A DNA stretch of 64,000 nucleotides from a virus: IMG/VR virus record IMGVR_UViG_3300007274_000026, positions 1 to 64,000 of that record. The stretch is one strand, 5' to 3'. The notes beneath the pieces are model-generated. The model was not told the origin of the DNA and made no database searches. It saw only the letters and a program-made list of their open reading frames with translations. The translations under genes and the position numbers were made by a program. Below are positions 48,329 through 56,853 of this stretch, one piece after another. Each line of letters opens with the position of its first letter. Position 1 is the stretch's first letter.

Positions 48329-48893
48329 TTGCCGCGTCATGCCCGTGCAATCCGCGCCCAGCCGTGCGACGCCAGCTGAGCCGCGCCAGGTCCTGCCAGG
48401 TCCTGCCTGGCCCCGCCATGCCGCGCGCTGCCCAGCCATGCCTGCCGCGCCTTGCCCAGCCTGGTCACGCCGAGCCACGCCTGCCGTGCCTTGCCTCGCC
48501 GCACCGTGCCGCGCCATGCCCAGCCATTTCCTGCCTTGCCGAGCCTGCGTTGCCCAGCCAAGCCTAGCCCTGCCGTACCGCGCCTCACCGCGCCGCACCT
48601 GGCCTCGCCTGCCGTGCCTAGCCCGGCCACGCAGCGCCGAACCCTGCCTTGCCGCGCCTGCCGTGCCCCACCCTGCCTTGCCAAGCTCGGCCACGCCCTG
48701 CCATGCCTGCTGTGCCATGCCTCGGCGCGCCATACCTCGCCCGGCCATGCCTGGCCTCGCCTGCCGTGTGAAGCCACGCCTTGCCTCGCCCGGCCCCGCC
48801 TGGCCATGCCGGGCCGTGCCTCGCCTCGCCTGCCGTGTAAAGCCGTGCCGGACCCCGCCCTGTCTTGCCATAACTTGCCTCGCCTGCCGTGCC
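48329..48893 (-). ncRNA. GGY-NN pentamer repeat array, 10 units (candidate guide-RNA array)
   Basis: Hand parse gives 105 pentamers (about 89 start with GGC/GGT) plus 10 four-base phase slips (mostly GGCA) = 565 bp; flanked by hairpins at 48903-48918 and 48298-48326. Confidence 0.85.
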
Positions 48894-48934
48894 GTGAATA
48901 AAGGGGGCCGCAGCCCCCATTGAGCAGGTCAAGG

Positions 48935-49576
48935 TCACTCAAGACCAGCGACTTCAAACAGACCGTTCCCTAAACCAGCAGAAGATTTGGAATCAGGGCG
49001 ACCTTCACCGATGCCGACCTGCATGCCAACGCGGGCAATCAAGTTCAAAACATCTTGTTCGCTCAACATTCCATTATCAAAACGGATCCGCAGGTTTGCT
49101 GTCCAAGGGAAATAAGTCGGACGCGGGCGCAAGTCGATAACACCTGAACTGTTCCGACAAGGCGAGGTGATGATCTTGTGATCTCCGTAAATCCGAACGA
49201 GCGGGGTGCTGTCTTCCTCGTCAAAGCCATCGGCCTCAACGAACAGAGCGAGCTTGGCCTTCGTCATCACGAAGCCAGCAGCGCGACAAGCGCTGATCGC
49301 TGCGTTACGGAACGAAGCGGCGTGGATGCCATCCCAGCCATCATCAGAGATGTGACGGGCGGCGTTACCAACAGCTTCAAAGTCTTTGGCTTCCCGTTTT
49401 TTCTTAGAGCTTGATTGACTGCCAGCCTCCTGCTTGGCCTGCATCTCGGCTTGAGCTTTGCTGCTGAATTTGTTTATTACCAGCGGTGCAGTTCCTTTGA
49501 GCTTGAATCCGATGGTGCAGAAATCAGGAGCGCTGATCAGCAGGGCTTTGCCTGCCTTTGTGGCGGTTGAAGTCAT
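48935..49576 (-). CDS. Stand-alone RAMP/Cas7-like RNA-binding protein
   Basis: L.GTAPL..N, I.AASFRNA..SA, RP...W...L.I.F, and C-terminal Gly-rich loop VGIGEGRP...G.G.FEV; probable ATG at 49576 after an AACCACC leader. Confidence 0.75.
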   Translation of the reverse strand: MTSTATKAGKALLISAPDFCTIGFKLKGTAPLVINKFSSKAQAEMQAKQEAGSQSSSKKKREAKDFEAVGNAARHISDDGWDGIHAASFRNAAISACRAAGFVMTKAKLALFVEADGFDEEDSTPLVRIYGDHKIITSPCRNSSGVIDLRPRPTYFPWTANLRIRFDNGMLSEQDVLNLIARVGMQVGIGEGRPDSKSSAGLGNGLFEVAGLE

Positions 49577-49712
49577 GGTGGTTTCGAAAAAGGTGCCCGA
49601 AGGCGTGAATAGCGAAGCCGTTGCCTCGCTTGTGCAAACAATACCACAGCTAGCTAGCACAGGCAATAAAAAAGCTCCGCATTTGCGGAGCCTTGAATCT
49701 GTGGGGTGTTGA

Positions 49713-49973
49713 TCAGTTCGCTTTGAACGTTGCAATCACCCGTGATGCCACTGCCTCGGCATCGTGTCGGTTGAGTTTGCCGCGGCCTGCTGCCAGTGCA
49801 GCAGAGACAGCGGCGGCATAGTTGCCCTTCAGCTGTTTGCCACCGTGAAGGCGATCCATGATCGCCCCCTGAATCCAGACCGTTCGGAACTGGTCTCGTT
49901 TGATGGCTGCTTGTTCAACCTGTTCGAGCACTTCGGGATCAAGCCGAAGTTTGACCTCCTTACCCGCTGCCAT
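49713..49973 (-). CDS. RHH-like regulator
   Basis: EVKLRLDPEVLEQVEQAA.....RTVWI..AI. Confidence 0.55.
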   Translation of the reverse strand: MAAGKEVKLRLDPEVLEQVEQAAIKRDQFRTVWIQGAIMDRLHGGKQLKGNYAAAVSAALAAGRGKLNRHDAEAVASRVIATFKAN

Positions 49974-50314
49974 CAGAACGGCGCCCACTCTGCGGACGCA
50001 GGCTCAGCAGAAGAGCCATCAGCCTTGGCGGCCTTGCGGGCAATCTCTGCCTTTTGTTCGGTCCAGTCGCGGATTTCAACCTTAATTACTGGTTTGTTTC
50101 CCTCGGGTGCGTTCTTCCATGCGGAAGCATCGAGCTTCACAACTTCAACACCATTTCGCTCATCCATCACGGTCGGCAGCTCTTTGGCTTGATAAGCCTG
50201 AGAGAGGTCACGAAGCACGGTGATAGGAATCGACAGAGAGCCACGAGCATCGGGCTGACGGCTGCCTTCCGTCTTGTACTGGTTTGGCCAAAGGGCCAGA
50301 TCAAAGCCTTTCAT
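49973..50314 (-). CDS. Single-stranded DNA-binding-like protein
   Basis: L.PN..K.....PD.RG...L..SAWK, C-terminal acidic ...PF tail. Confidence 0.6.
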   Translation of the reverse strand: MKGFDLALWPNQYKTEGSRQPDARGSLSIPITVLRDLSQAYQAKELPTVMDERNGVEVVKLDASAWKNAPEGNKPVIKVEIRDWTEQKAEIARKAAKADGSSAEPASAEWAPF

Positions 50315-50367
50315 AGATCCTTGAAGTCAAGTGTTTGCCGGTGCCGTCCCTGGACAGCGTGCCAATC

Positions 50368-50991
50368 TTAACTAATCGCGGTCCAGTTATCAAGAGCTGG
50401 ATTCACGACGCGATAGACCATCGTTCGACGCGCATGGCTCTTGCTGCTTTTCATCGCACGGAGTTCGCCCGTTTCGATCAGCGCGCCCATCTTCTTGAGC
50501 CCCATCGTCAACCCACCCCATGCGTTGTGGTGATGAGGAACGATGCCCTGCTGTTCGCAGGTCAGACGGAAATCTTCTGACGTTGCCTCCCGTCCAGCCC
50601 AGACACGCAAAATGCAGGCGATGGCTTTCTGGCGAAAGTCAGAGCCTGCATTGGTTGTCACTTTGGCCAGGTTGAAATCCCGTTCTTCCTTGGCAGCGCC
50701 CGGAGATGGCCAGGACCAATCCAGCGCGCCGCCGTAAGGATCCGCCTCAGTTACGGGCGGATTGCTGGGCCTTTCGCTGACGGAACTGCTGCTTTCGGGC
50801 TTGCGGTCAGATCCGCGTTGCCCGAGGGAACCCCAGTCGGACGACGCCCAGCTGAAGTCGTGTAGGTAGGTCCCGCGTTCAGGTTGTTTGTTGTGACGCT
50901 GAGGCCGGTGCGGCTTGGCACCGAATAACTCTGGCTGTAATAGGCCATCGGGTTGGGGGGCACTGCTGCCCCCATTCTGACGGGTTGTCAT
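50368..50991 (-). CDS. Hypothetical DNA-binding protein
   Basis: C-terminal T.ED.R......PHH.NAWG.......G.L..TG....S..SHAR...Y pattern. Confidence 0.6.
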   Translation of the reverse strand: MTTRQNGGSSAPQPDGLLQPELFGAKPHRPQRHNKQPERGTYLHDFSWASSDWGSLGQRGSDRKPESSSSVSERPSNPPVTEADPYGGALDWSWPSPGAAKEERDFNLAKVTTNAGSDFRQKAIACILRVWAGREATSEDFRLTCEQQGIVPHHHNAWGGLTMGLKKMGALIETGELRAMKSSKSHARRTMVYRVVNPALDNWTAIS

Positions 50992-51005
50992 CGCTAGCTA
51001 GTCCC

Positions 51006-51482
51006 TTACCAACCTGCGCCTAATCCTGCATTGGCCGGCGCTGCCTTGCCGTTGCTGGATGCACGCTTGGTCTTGATGCCTGATGCGGTGTTGCCGTCAT
51101 CATCGGCACCGGCCGTGATGCCGAGCAAGCCGCAGACGTTGTAACGCTGCGCATAAGTTTCACACCCGCCAACCTTCTGCGGAGCTGGATCAGTCACAGG
51201 GAAATAGCTGCTGCGCCATCCGCCTGACTTGAAGTGGGTGATCGTGGTGACGAAATAGAAGCGCTCGCCAACGATGACGCCTGCGGTGGAAATGCCAATC
51301 CCTTGCTTGAGCAAAGCAGGCGTGACAGCTGACAGCACGTCTTCTAGCGGTGCGTAGCTGGATTTGAAATGAGGGTTGTTGGCGGACTTGGTCAGGTCGA
51401 CAAAGTCAGGGCGAGCCTTGGAGATGGCTTCATCCAGCGCCTTAACGCCGTCGATGTCTGGCCCGCTGTTGGGAGAAAGCAT
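51006..51482 (-). CDS. erf: ERF-family single-strand annealing protein
   Basis: K.A.NPHFKS.YA.L.DV, PQ..G...TYA.RY...GLLGI....DDDGN. Confidence 0.92.
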   Translation of the reverse strand: MLSPNSGPDIDGVKALDEAISKARPDFVDLTKSANNPHFKSSYAPLEDVLSAVTPALLKQGIGISTAGVIVGERFYFVTTITHFKSGGWRSSYFPVTDPAPQKVGGCETYAQRYNVCGLLGITAGADDDGNTASGIKTKRASSNGKAAPANAGLGAGW

Positions 51483-51738
51483 GGAGATGCGGTGGTTGAC
51501 CCCTTTACTGTACCAGTATTGGCTAGCCCGGCAGTGAGCCGAAAAGAGCGTTTCTAGCCAGTCAGGTCCAGTTAACTGGTGCTTAAGCGGACTGTCGTCT
51601 TAAAATCAAAGTTCATGTAACGCTTAATACGCGAATTGTTGAAACGGCATTGCACGACGCAAGCGGAAGCTGATTGGTGCTGGCGAAATCGCCAGGTTCT
51701 TATGGAAGCAGCAAATGAATCTGAAATTCAGATCCTGG

Positions 51739-52470
51739 TCACAGTTGCAGGACACGATCTAGCTTTTCGGGCGACTTCTCAATCTCCAGCAAAGTCTTTA
51801 AATCAAACTTGACTTCTGTCATTGCCGTTAGCGCCACGCAAACGGCTAGTGATTCGGTTTCAGCCTCAGCAGCGCTAAAGGAATCCAAGCCCATCACAAC
51901 GGTTTTCAGCCGCAACACGCGGGATTCGTCTTGTGATGGGTAGAACTTCGCCAGCTGGTCCAGGTTGTCAAGGATGTCGCCTGGCAACGACTGCAGGACA
52001 TAGCGAACACAACGGCCAAGGTCTTCGATGGCGAAAGTTTTTGGCGGATCAACAGCAGACCAGTCGACTTCAAGCCAGTCGCTAGGCAAAAAACATTCTT
52101 GAGCAATGCCTAGAAACAGCTCTGCAAAATCAGCCGTAGCAAATGGCGCACCGTCTCCTTTCGTGACAGGCGGGATGAGATTCAGCAGTTCACGCAACGA
52201 GCTGTTTGCCGGATCAATCTTTTTGACGTGATAGTTAAAGGCGGCGGTGTTCAGAGCTCCAAAAGCGTCAAAGGTGTAAATGCTGATTTGCTTTTGCAGG
52301 CCAACGCGCAAGCCTGAAAGCTGAGCAGAGTGCAGACGGTTGTCTCCTAATGCCATCTCAGTAGCGCGACAAAAGGAAGCGGAGTTAAGGGTTGAACGCT
52401 GGAGCCAGGTTTGGAGACATGAAGCAAACACTTCACGCCCCTTCAAATGACGGGGGAGAGCATTAGCCAT
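51739..52470 (-). CDS. Hypothetical protein, possible repressor-like HTH N-terminus
   Basis: GR..F...L..W......F.......LHS.Q.S.LR.G; flanked by non-coding gaps. Confidence 0.45.
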   Translation of the reverse strand: MANALPRHLKGREVFASCLQTWLQRSTLNSASFCRATEMALGDNRLHSAQLSGLRVGLQKQISIYTFDAFGALNTAAFNYHVKKIDPANSSLRELLNLIPPVTKGDGAPFATADFAELFLGIAQECFLPSDWLEVDWSAVDPPKTFAIEDLGRCVRYVLQSLPGDILDNLDQLAKFYPSQDESRVLRLKTVVMGLDSFSAAEAETESLAVCVALTAMTEVKFDLKTLLEIEKSPEKLDRVLQL

Positions 52471-52599
52471 CCGTTCTCTGCTTAAAGCGAATCATGCGCA
52501 CCATAACGCGGTCTTTAACTAATTTGCTCTTCCTACATAGGACGGAAAGAACAAAAACGTTTCTTCATGAATCCTAGCTAATGCTGGTATCGTGTTGGC

Positions 52600-52872
52600 A
52601 TGGAAGACCAGCAGTCACAACTTCGTCATCACGCCGATCAAGCACGCGTGGCCAACGCCCGCATGGAATACCTCTTCAGCGGCCACGAAAAGGCCCTAGG
52701 AGAAGCGCTAGACCGTCGCGATAACGCCACCACCCCAGAGGAACTAAAGGCGGCTTGGGCGGCAATAGAGGAGCTTCATGCGGCCGAACTGGCTGACTTT
52801 GATCGCATCGCTCAATGGATGGGCGAATCACACGAAGCGATCATTGGCGAGCACCTTGAACGGCAGGGCTAG
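52600..52872 (+). CDS. Small helical protein
   Basis: Promoter CTAGCTA..TGGTATCGT, 6 nt before the ATG. Confidence 0.6.
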   Translation: MEDQQSQLRHHADQARVANARMEYLFSGHEKALGEALDRRDNATTPEELKAAWAAIEELHAAELADFDRIAQWMGESHEAIIGEHLERQG

Positions 52873-54293
52873 TTAAAACCGGCAAGGTTGGGCTGAAACA
52901 AAGCGCAGCGATCTGGCACAAAAGCAACCTTGAATGACCCGGTGTAGCCCTGCCGGTTCTTCAGCGCAGCAATCACCATGTCGGTGTCGTTTTCATCCGC
53001 GGAGTAATAGCCCGGTCGAGTCAGCCCCAGAACGACGTCGGCATCCTCTTCGATCCGCCCCGAGTCGCGCAGGTCAGCGAGCGATGGCATTTTTTCCTGA
53101 CGCTCCTCAAGGGCTCGGTTGACCTGGCACAACAGCAGCACATCGATGCCGAGCTTGTTTGCCGTCGTCTTGATCTGCCGCGTGGCCTCGCCAAGCGCAG
53201 TGGCTCGGTTGCCATTGCCTACGTTCAGCAACCCAACGTGATCAATCACAAAAAGCCGGGTGTCCGGGTTGGTTCGAGCAAACAGCTTCATGCTGTTGCA
53301 GATCGCGCCAGGGGTGCAGTCAAAGTTGTCCACCACCTTGAAGTTGTCATCCAGCGCGGCAGCGGTTCCCTCTTGGCTCATGTAGCGCTCACGCAGGGTG
53401 CCGGTCATTGCGTGAGCCTGAATCATGGCGTAGGTGATCGGCAGCTCCCCAAGCCGGCCTTCGCGTTCGCACAACAAAAAATCCATTGCAGCAATCAGCC
53501 GGGTGCTGATCTCCGTGGCCTGCATCTCCATGCTCCACATCGCCACCTTCCCGCCAGTTAAAGCCACGCGCATGGCCAAATTGAGAGCAAGCGCTGTTTT
53601 GCCCATGCCGGGACGAGCCGCAACGATGATTAGCTTTCCAGGGTCTGGGGCGCCGGGGCCGGAAAAGCCACCACCCAAAATTTTGTCAATACCAAGCAAA
53701 CCTGAGCTGATCTTGGCCGATGGCTTCAAGGGCTCCAGGAATTCACGCCAGTGCGCCAGGAAAGAATTCTTGTCAGGTGCGGTGCAGGTGGGAACAGCAT
53801 CAACAGCCGCCATTGCGGCAGTGATGTAATCCCTCGCGTCAGCCGCTGTTGATGGCCGGGGCGGGAGGTTGTAAAGCTGATCGGCCTTAGCCAGCGCTTC
53901 TTGGACCCGTCGGCGCTTTTGCTTTTCCCACCAAATGGGGATCTCTTTCTCGATGAATTCGTCCAGGACGAAGTAAGACGTCGCGTTGCCGCAATTGGCA
54001 TAAGCCGCCCGACTCCAGCCTGTCTCCCCAGAGAGCTCCTCCGCCCGATCTAGGACGGCTGTATCGGTAATCCGAGCATTGGGGTCATGGGCCAGGGTTG
54101 CCAGCTCAAACAACGCCAGGAACAGATAACGGTGATCGTCTTCCTGAAACCAGGTCTCGTCGACACAAGTCAGCAGCTGAGTTGTGTTCTGAAGGTTCCG
54201 CTTGCGGAGCATCATTTCGGCAGCGCCGCCAATGAAGCGCTGCTCATCTTTGAACGTGTCCCAATCGCTGGGACTCTCAATCGGGTCGAACAT
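52869..54293 (-). CDS. dnaB: DnaB-like replicative helicase
   Basis: LIIVAARPGMGKT, SMEM, VIDH, LLCQ.NR..E.R..K.P.LADLRDSG.IEEDAD, KNRQG. Confidence 0.95.
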   Translation of the reverse strand: MFDPIESPSDWDTFKDEQRFIGGAAEMMLRKRNLQNTTQLLTCVDETWFQEDDHRYLFLALFELATLAHDPNARITDTAVLDRAEELSGETGWSRAAYANCGNATSYFVLDEFIEKEIPIWWEKQKRRRVQEALAKADQLYNLPPRPSTAADARDYITAAMAAVDAVPTCTAPDKNSFLAHWREFLEPLKPSAKISSGLLGIDKILGGGFSGPGAPDPGKLIIVAARPGMGKTALALNLAMRVALTGGKVAMWSMEMQATEISTRLIAAMDFLLCEREGRLGELPITYAMIQAHAMTGTLRERYMSQEGTAAALDDNFKVVDNFDCTPGAICNSMKLFARTNPDTRLFVIDHVGLLNVGNGNRATALGEATRQIKTTANKLGIDVLLLCQVNRALEERQEKMPSLADLRDSGRIEEDADVVLGLTRPGYYSADENDTDMVIAALKNRQGYTGSFKVAFVPDRCALFQPNLAGFN

Positions 54294-54307
54294 GTGTGGT
54301 GGTTGTA

Positions 54308-55153
54308 TTAGACCAGCGGCTTCAGCGGTGGGCCTGGCCTTGGTCGATCATTGTTAGCTAGTCCCGGTCCTTTGGCAAGTCCAAGGTCTCGGGCGATGTC
54401 GCGAACGAGCTTGTTCTTGCCCGCATGACCAAGCGATAACCAGCCCGCTTGGGCTGCTTGCGCAAGGTATTCATCAGCGATGCGGGAATCAATCGCAATC
54501 ATTTCTCGCAACGCTTTGGCGGATAGCTGGCGACTGCCCCAAGGATCGGTTCTGTGTTTTTTGTCATAGCGCTCTTCAAGCCAAGCCTTGATCTGTTCTT
54601 TCCTGCCAGCGAAGTCAGGCGGGATGCCATCGATCCAGCTGATCAGAGTCTGAGCTTTCTTTTCAGCAGGTGTCAGCCGTTTTGTTTTCGGCGCGGGTGT
54701 TTCCCCCCTCTGGGGGGTAAGGGGGGTTTTTCTTGTTAATGGGTTCTTGTTAATGGGTTCTTGTTTGTGTCCGGGATCCCGGAGGGGTGGTGTCCGGTTT
54801 TCCGGAGGGGTGGTGTCCGGGTTCCCGGAGGGGTGGGTGTCCGAAAATGCGGAGGGGTGGTCAACCCGGCAGCGGTAAACAGTGGTGAATCCAGGCCGTT
54901 CAACGGCATGAATCCAGCCCTCACCGATCAGCCATTTCATGATCTCGGTAAGGCGGTTGTGATCAATCCGGGCCTCTGCCGCAACCGTCTTGCGAGAACA
55001 CCAACAACCCTCATCGCTGGCAAAGGCGTGGCGATAGACCACGTTGTAAACGGCCCAGTGGTCGTTTGACGGGGCATCGTCCATCAACTTCCAAGGGGTT
55101 ATTGAAAATCCCGTCCTGCTAAAGCTGGCTCCCGGTTCGCGTTGATTACTCAT
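54308..55153 (-). CDS. Replication initiator with N-terminal winged helix (lambda O-like)
   Basis: C..S.KTVA.EA.I.......KWL...GWI...RPG.TT.Y; internal DNA repeats; upstream of dnaB. Confidence 0.75.
   Translation of the reverse strand: MSNQREPGASFSRTGFSITPWKLMDDAPSNDHWAVYNVVYRHAFASDEGCWCSRKTVAAEARIDHNRLTEIMKWLIGEGWIHAVERPGFTTVYRCRVDHPSAFSDTHPSGNPDTTPPENRTPPLRDPGHKQEPINKNPLTRKTPLTPQRGETPAPKTKRLTPAEKKAQTLISWIDGIPPDFAGRKEQIKAWLEERYDKKHRTDPWGSRQLSAKALREMIAIDSRIADEYLAQAAQAGWLSLGHAGKNKLVRDIARDLGLAKGPGLANNDRPRPGPPLKPLV
54729..54860. repeat. Iteron-like repeats / putative replication origin inside the initiator gene
   Basis: CGGAGGGGTGG at 54780, 54803, 54826 and 54850, next to T-rich TTCTTGTTAATGGG repeats. 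Confidence 0.75.
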
Positions 55154-55364
55154 GAATCAACCAGCCTCCTGCCAAAAGCAATAGGTCAAATCCTTTGCGA
55201 ACGGTCGGGCTTGCGTTGTTGATGTCTTTGTGGGTGCAGCCGGGGGTTGATTTGATGAACTCAACGCAGGCCACAACTTCTGCACCCATAGCTGCGTAAC
55301 GCTCAGGCGCCCAACTTGTGAGCATTCGAATCGTCTGCAGCCTCTCAGGCCGAGTGGATGTCAT
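55146..55364 (-). CDS. Small hypothetical protein
   Basis: 72 aa; overlaps the initiator start. Confidence 0.5.
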   Translation of the reverse strand: MTSTRPERLQTIRMLTSWAPERYAAMGAEVVACVEFIKSTPGCTHKDINNASPTVRKGFDLLLLAGGWLIHE

Positions 55365-55452
55365 AATGACCTCAAGAACTTTTGTTTTCGACCCCGTTGG
55401 CCCTGGCAGGCTGCGGGGTCTTTTTCATGGTACGGGCTGGAACCGGGACTGG

Positions 55453-55611
55453 CTAGCCGCTGTTGGGAGTTTGCAGCGCTTGCATCACTGCCCGACGAAC
55501 CCAGTGGGTCACGCTCATGAAGTCAGCTTCAGCACGTTGCTCAAGCTGCTCAAAGGCGTTCTTCTCAATGCGGATCTGGACGTGTCTCCATTCAGTTTTG
55601 GGTCGTGTCAT
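55453..55611 (-). CDS. RHH-like small regulator
   Basis: HVQIRIEKNAFEQLEQRAEADFMSVTHWVRRAV. Confidence 0.6.
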   Translation of the reverse strand: MTRPKTEWRHVQIRIEKNAFEQLEQRAEADFMSVTHWVRRAVMQALQTPNSG

Positions 55612-55614
55612 TGG

Positions 55615-56853
55615 TCAGAGTTTTTTGAAGGTTTGAATCTCGGCAATGTCAGACAGCATCAGCCGTTCACGTTTGGCTTTGGTGTTTGTCATCGCCATCT
55701 GCGGGTTCTGTGCCTGCTGGATCTTTCGAGTGCTGTAGGCCACGTCATGGAGCACATAACCAGCAGCAACCCACCACTGACGAAGCAGGTCACAAGTCAT
55801 GATCCGGCCGTGATCCCAGTCGCAAAAGTTTGGGGCCATTACTGACACCAACCCGCCCGGCTGTTGCGCTGCTGCAACGCTTGCCGCTACGGCTTGCATT
55901 GCTTCTGACCAGCCAGCTAAATCCATGTTGGCAATGTCGTCGGTGTCCTCCGAATAAGCCCCAACAACCTGCCCGAAATAAGGCACATCCATGAAGACAT
56001 AATCCGGGTGATAGTCGGCAGGCAGTCCCTGCGTGGCGTCCAACTGCTCAATCTGATCTTTGTATCGACCACGGGGCAGCCGATCAAACATCCTCAGGTT
56101 GAACTCAACTTCACGGCCCCTGGCCCACCGTGCGCGGTCTTCATAAACCCGCATGGCCTGGCCGCTACCGGCCATCAGATCACAAACCTCACCACCATCT
56201 GGCGCGTAATACCAGAAGCAGTTGGCGTAGATCTCACCGGGGATGTAGCCGTGGGATTCGCCGGATTCATCGATGCGGTCGTAGTGAACCGAAGCAAAGT
56301 TCCAGTTATCAGACGGCTTGATCAGTGGGCTGTGTTCCCCTTTAGCTGTCTTTGGATTTGCAGCGCGAACGATGCCTTCGGTTGATAGGAACTTTGTCGG
56401 TTCTTTGTGTTTCTTGTCTCTGGCTTGAGACTTCCCGTCACTGACGCTTTTTTCAAACTTGGCGTCATCAATCTTGGCCAAAGCCCGGGCGGTCTTAGCC
56501 ATGTGTTTAGTAATGCCCTGCTCCGCAAGCGTGAGTGGCTGATCTTCTGTTGATTTAGGCGGGGCGTTCAACTCCCCGCCTAAATTCGGGCGACCCTTTC
56601 CGGCATTGCCGGTGTTCTTTGGCATCTGCAGAAGCAGTTGCCCTAGCCGGCGTTCAGCCCTGATTCGCAGTTCGGTCGCCTCAAGTTTGATCTCAAGGCT
56701 GGCGTTTGCTTCCTTGGTCAGCGCCTCAATGGCCTTGCTTTTCTGCCGCAGGTAGGCGGCATCATCCACCCGTTGGCAGGCCTCGAGTGCGTGCTGAATG
56801 TCCAGCAGCACCGGCAGGATTTCGGCAGGAGGTTGGCTAACGGAGAGCGTCAT
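55615..56853 (-). CDS. Amino-DNA methyltransferase-like protein with a helical N-terminal domain
   Basis: V.DLMAGSG SAM-binding motif, DAT, FMDVPY catalytic-like motif; N-terminal RIRAERRLG.LL. Confidence 0.75.
   Translation of the reverse strand: MTLSVSQPPAEILPVLLDIQHALEACQRVDDAAYLRQKSKAIEALTKEANASLEIKLEATELRIRAERRLGQLLLQMPKNTGNAGKGRPNLGGELNAPPKSTEDQPLTLAEQGITKHMAKTARALAKIDDAKFEKSVSDGKSQARDKKHKEPTKFLSTEGIVRAANPKTAKGEHSPLIKPSDNWNFASVHYDRIDESGESHGYIPGEIYANCFWYYAPDGGEVCDLMAGSGQAMRVYEDRARWARGREVEFNLRMFDRLPRGRYKDQIEQLDATQGLPADYHPDYVFMDVPYFGQVVGAYSEDTDDIANMDLAGWSEAMQAVAASVAAAQQPGGLVSVMAPNFCDWDHGRIMTCDLLRQWWVAAGYVLHDVAYSTRKIQQAQNPQMAMTNTKAKRERLMLSDIAEIQTFKKL

Noticed and set aside
48329-48893. Classical CRISPR array or simple microsatellite
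   Set aside because: There are no 23-50 bp repeats with unique spacers, and the NN positions are too diverse and too regularly punctuated for slippage.
48272-48957. Six overlapping Arg/Gly/Ala/Pro-rich ORFs across the repeat array
   Set aside because: They are by-products of a stop-poor GC pentamer repeat; a 5-nt period with 4-nt slips does not fit codon structure.
49577-49735. 53-aa N-terminal extension of the RAMP-like ORF
   Set aside because: It spans a terminator, the promoter and the leader; the ATG at 49576 is more plausible.
51617-51630. GTA-N8-TAC NtcA-like box
   Set aside because: Only six fixed bases, so many chance hits are expected in 64 kb, and I see no properly spaced -10.
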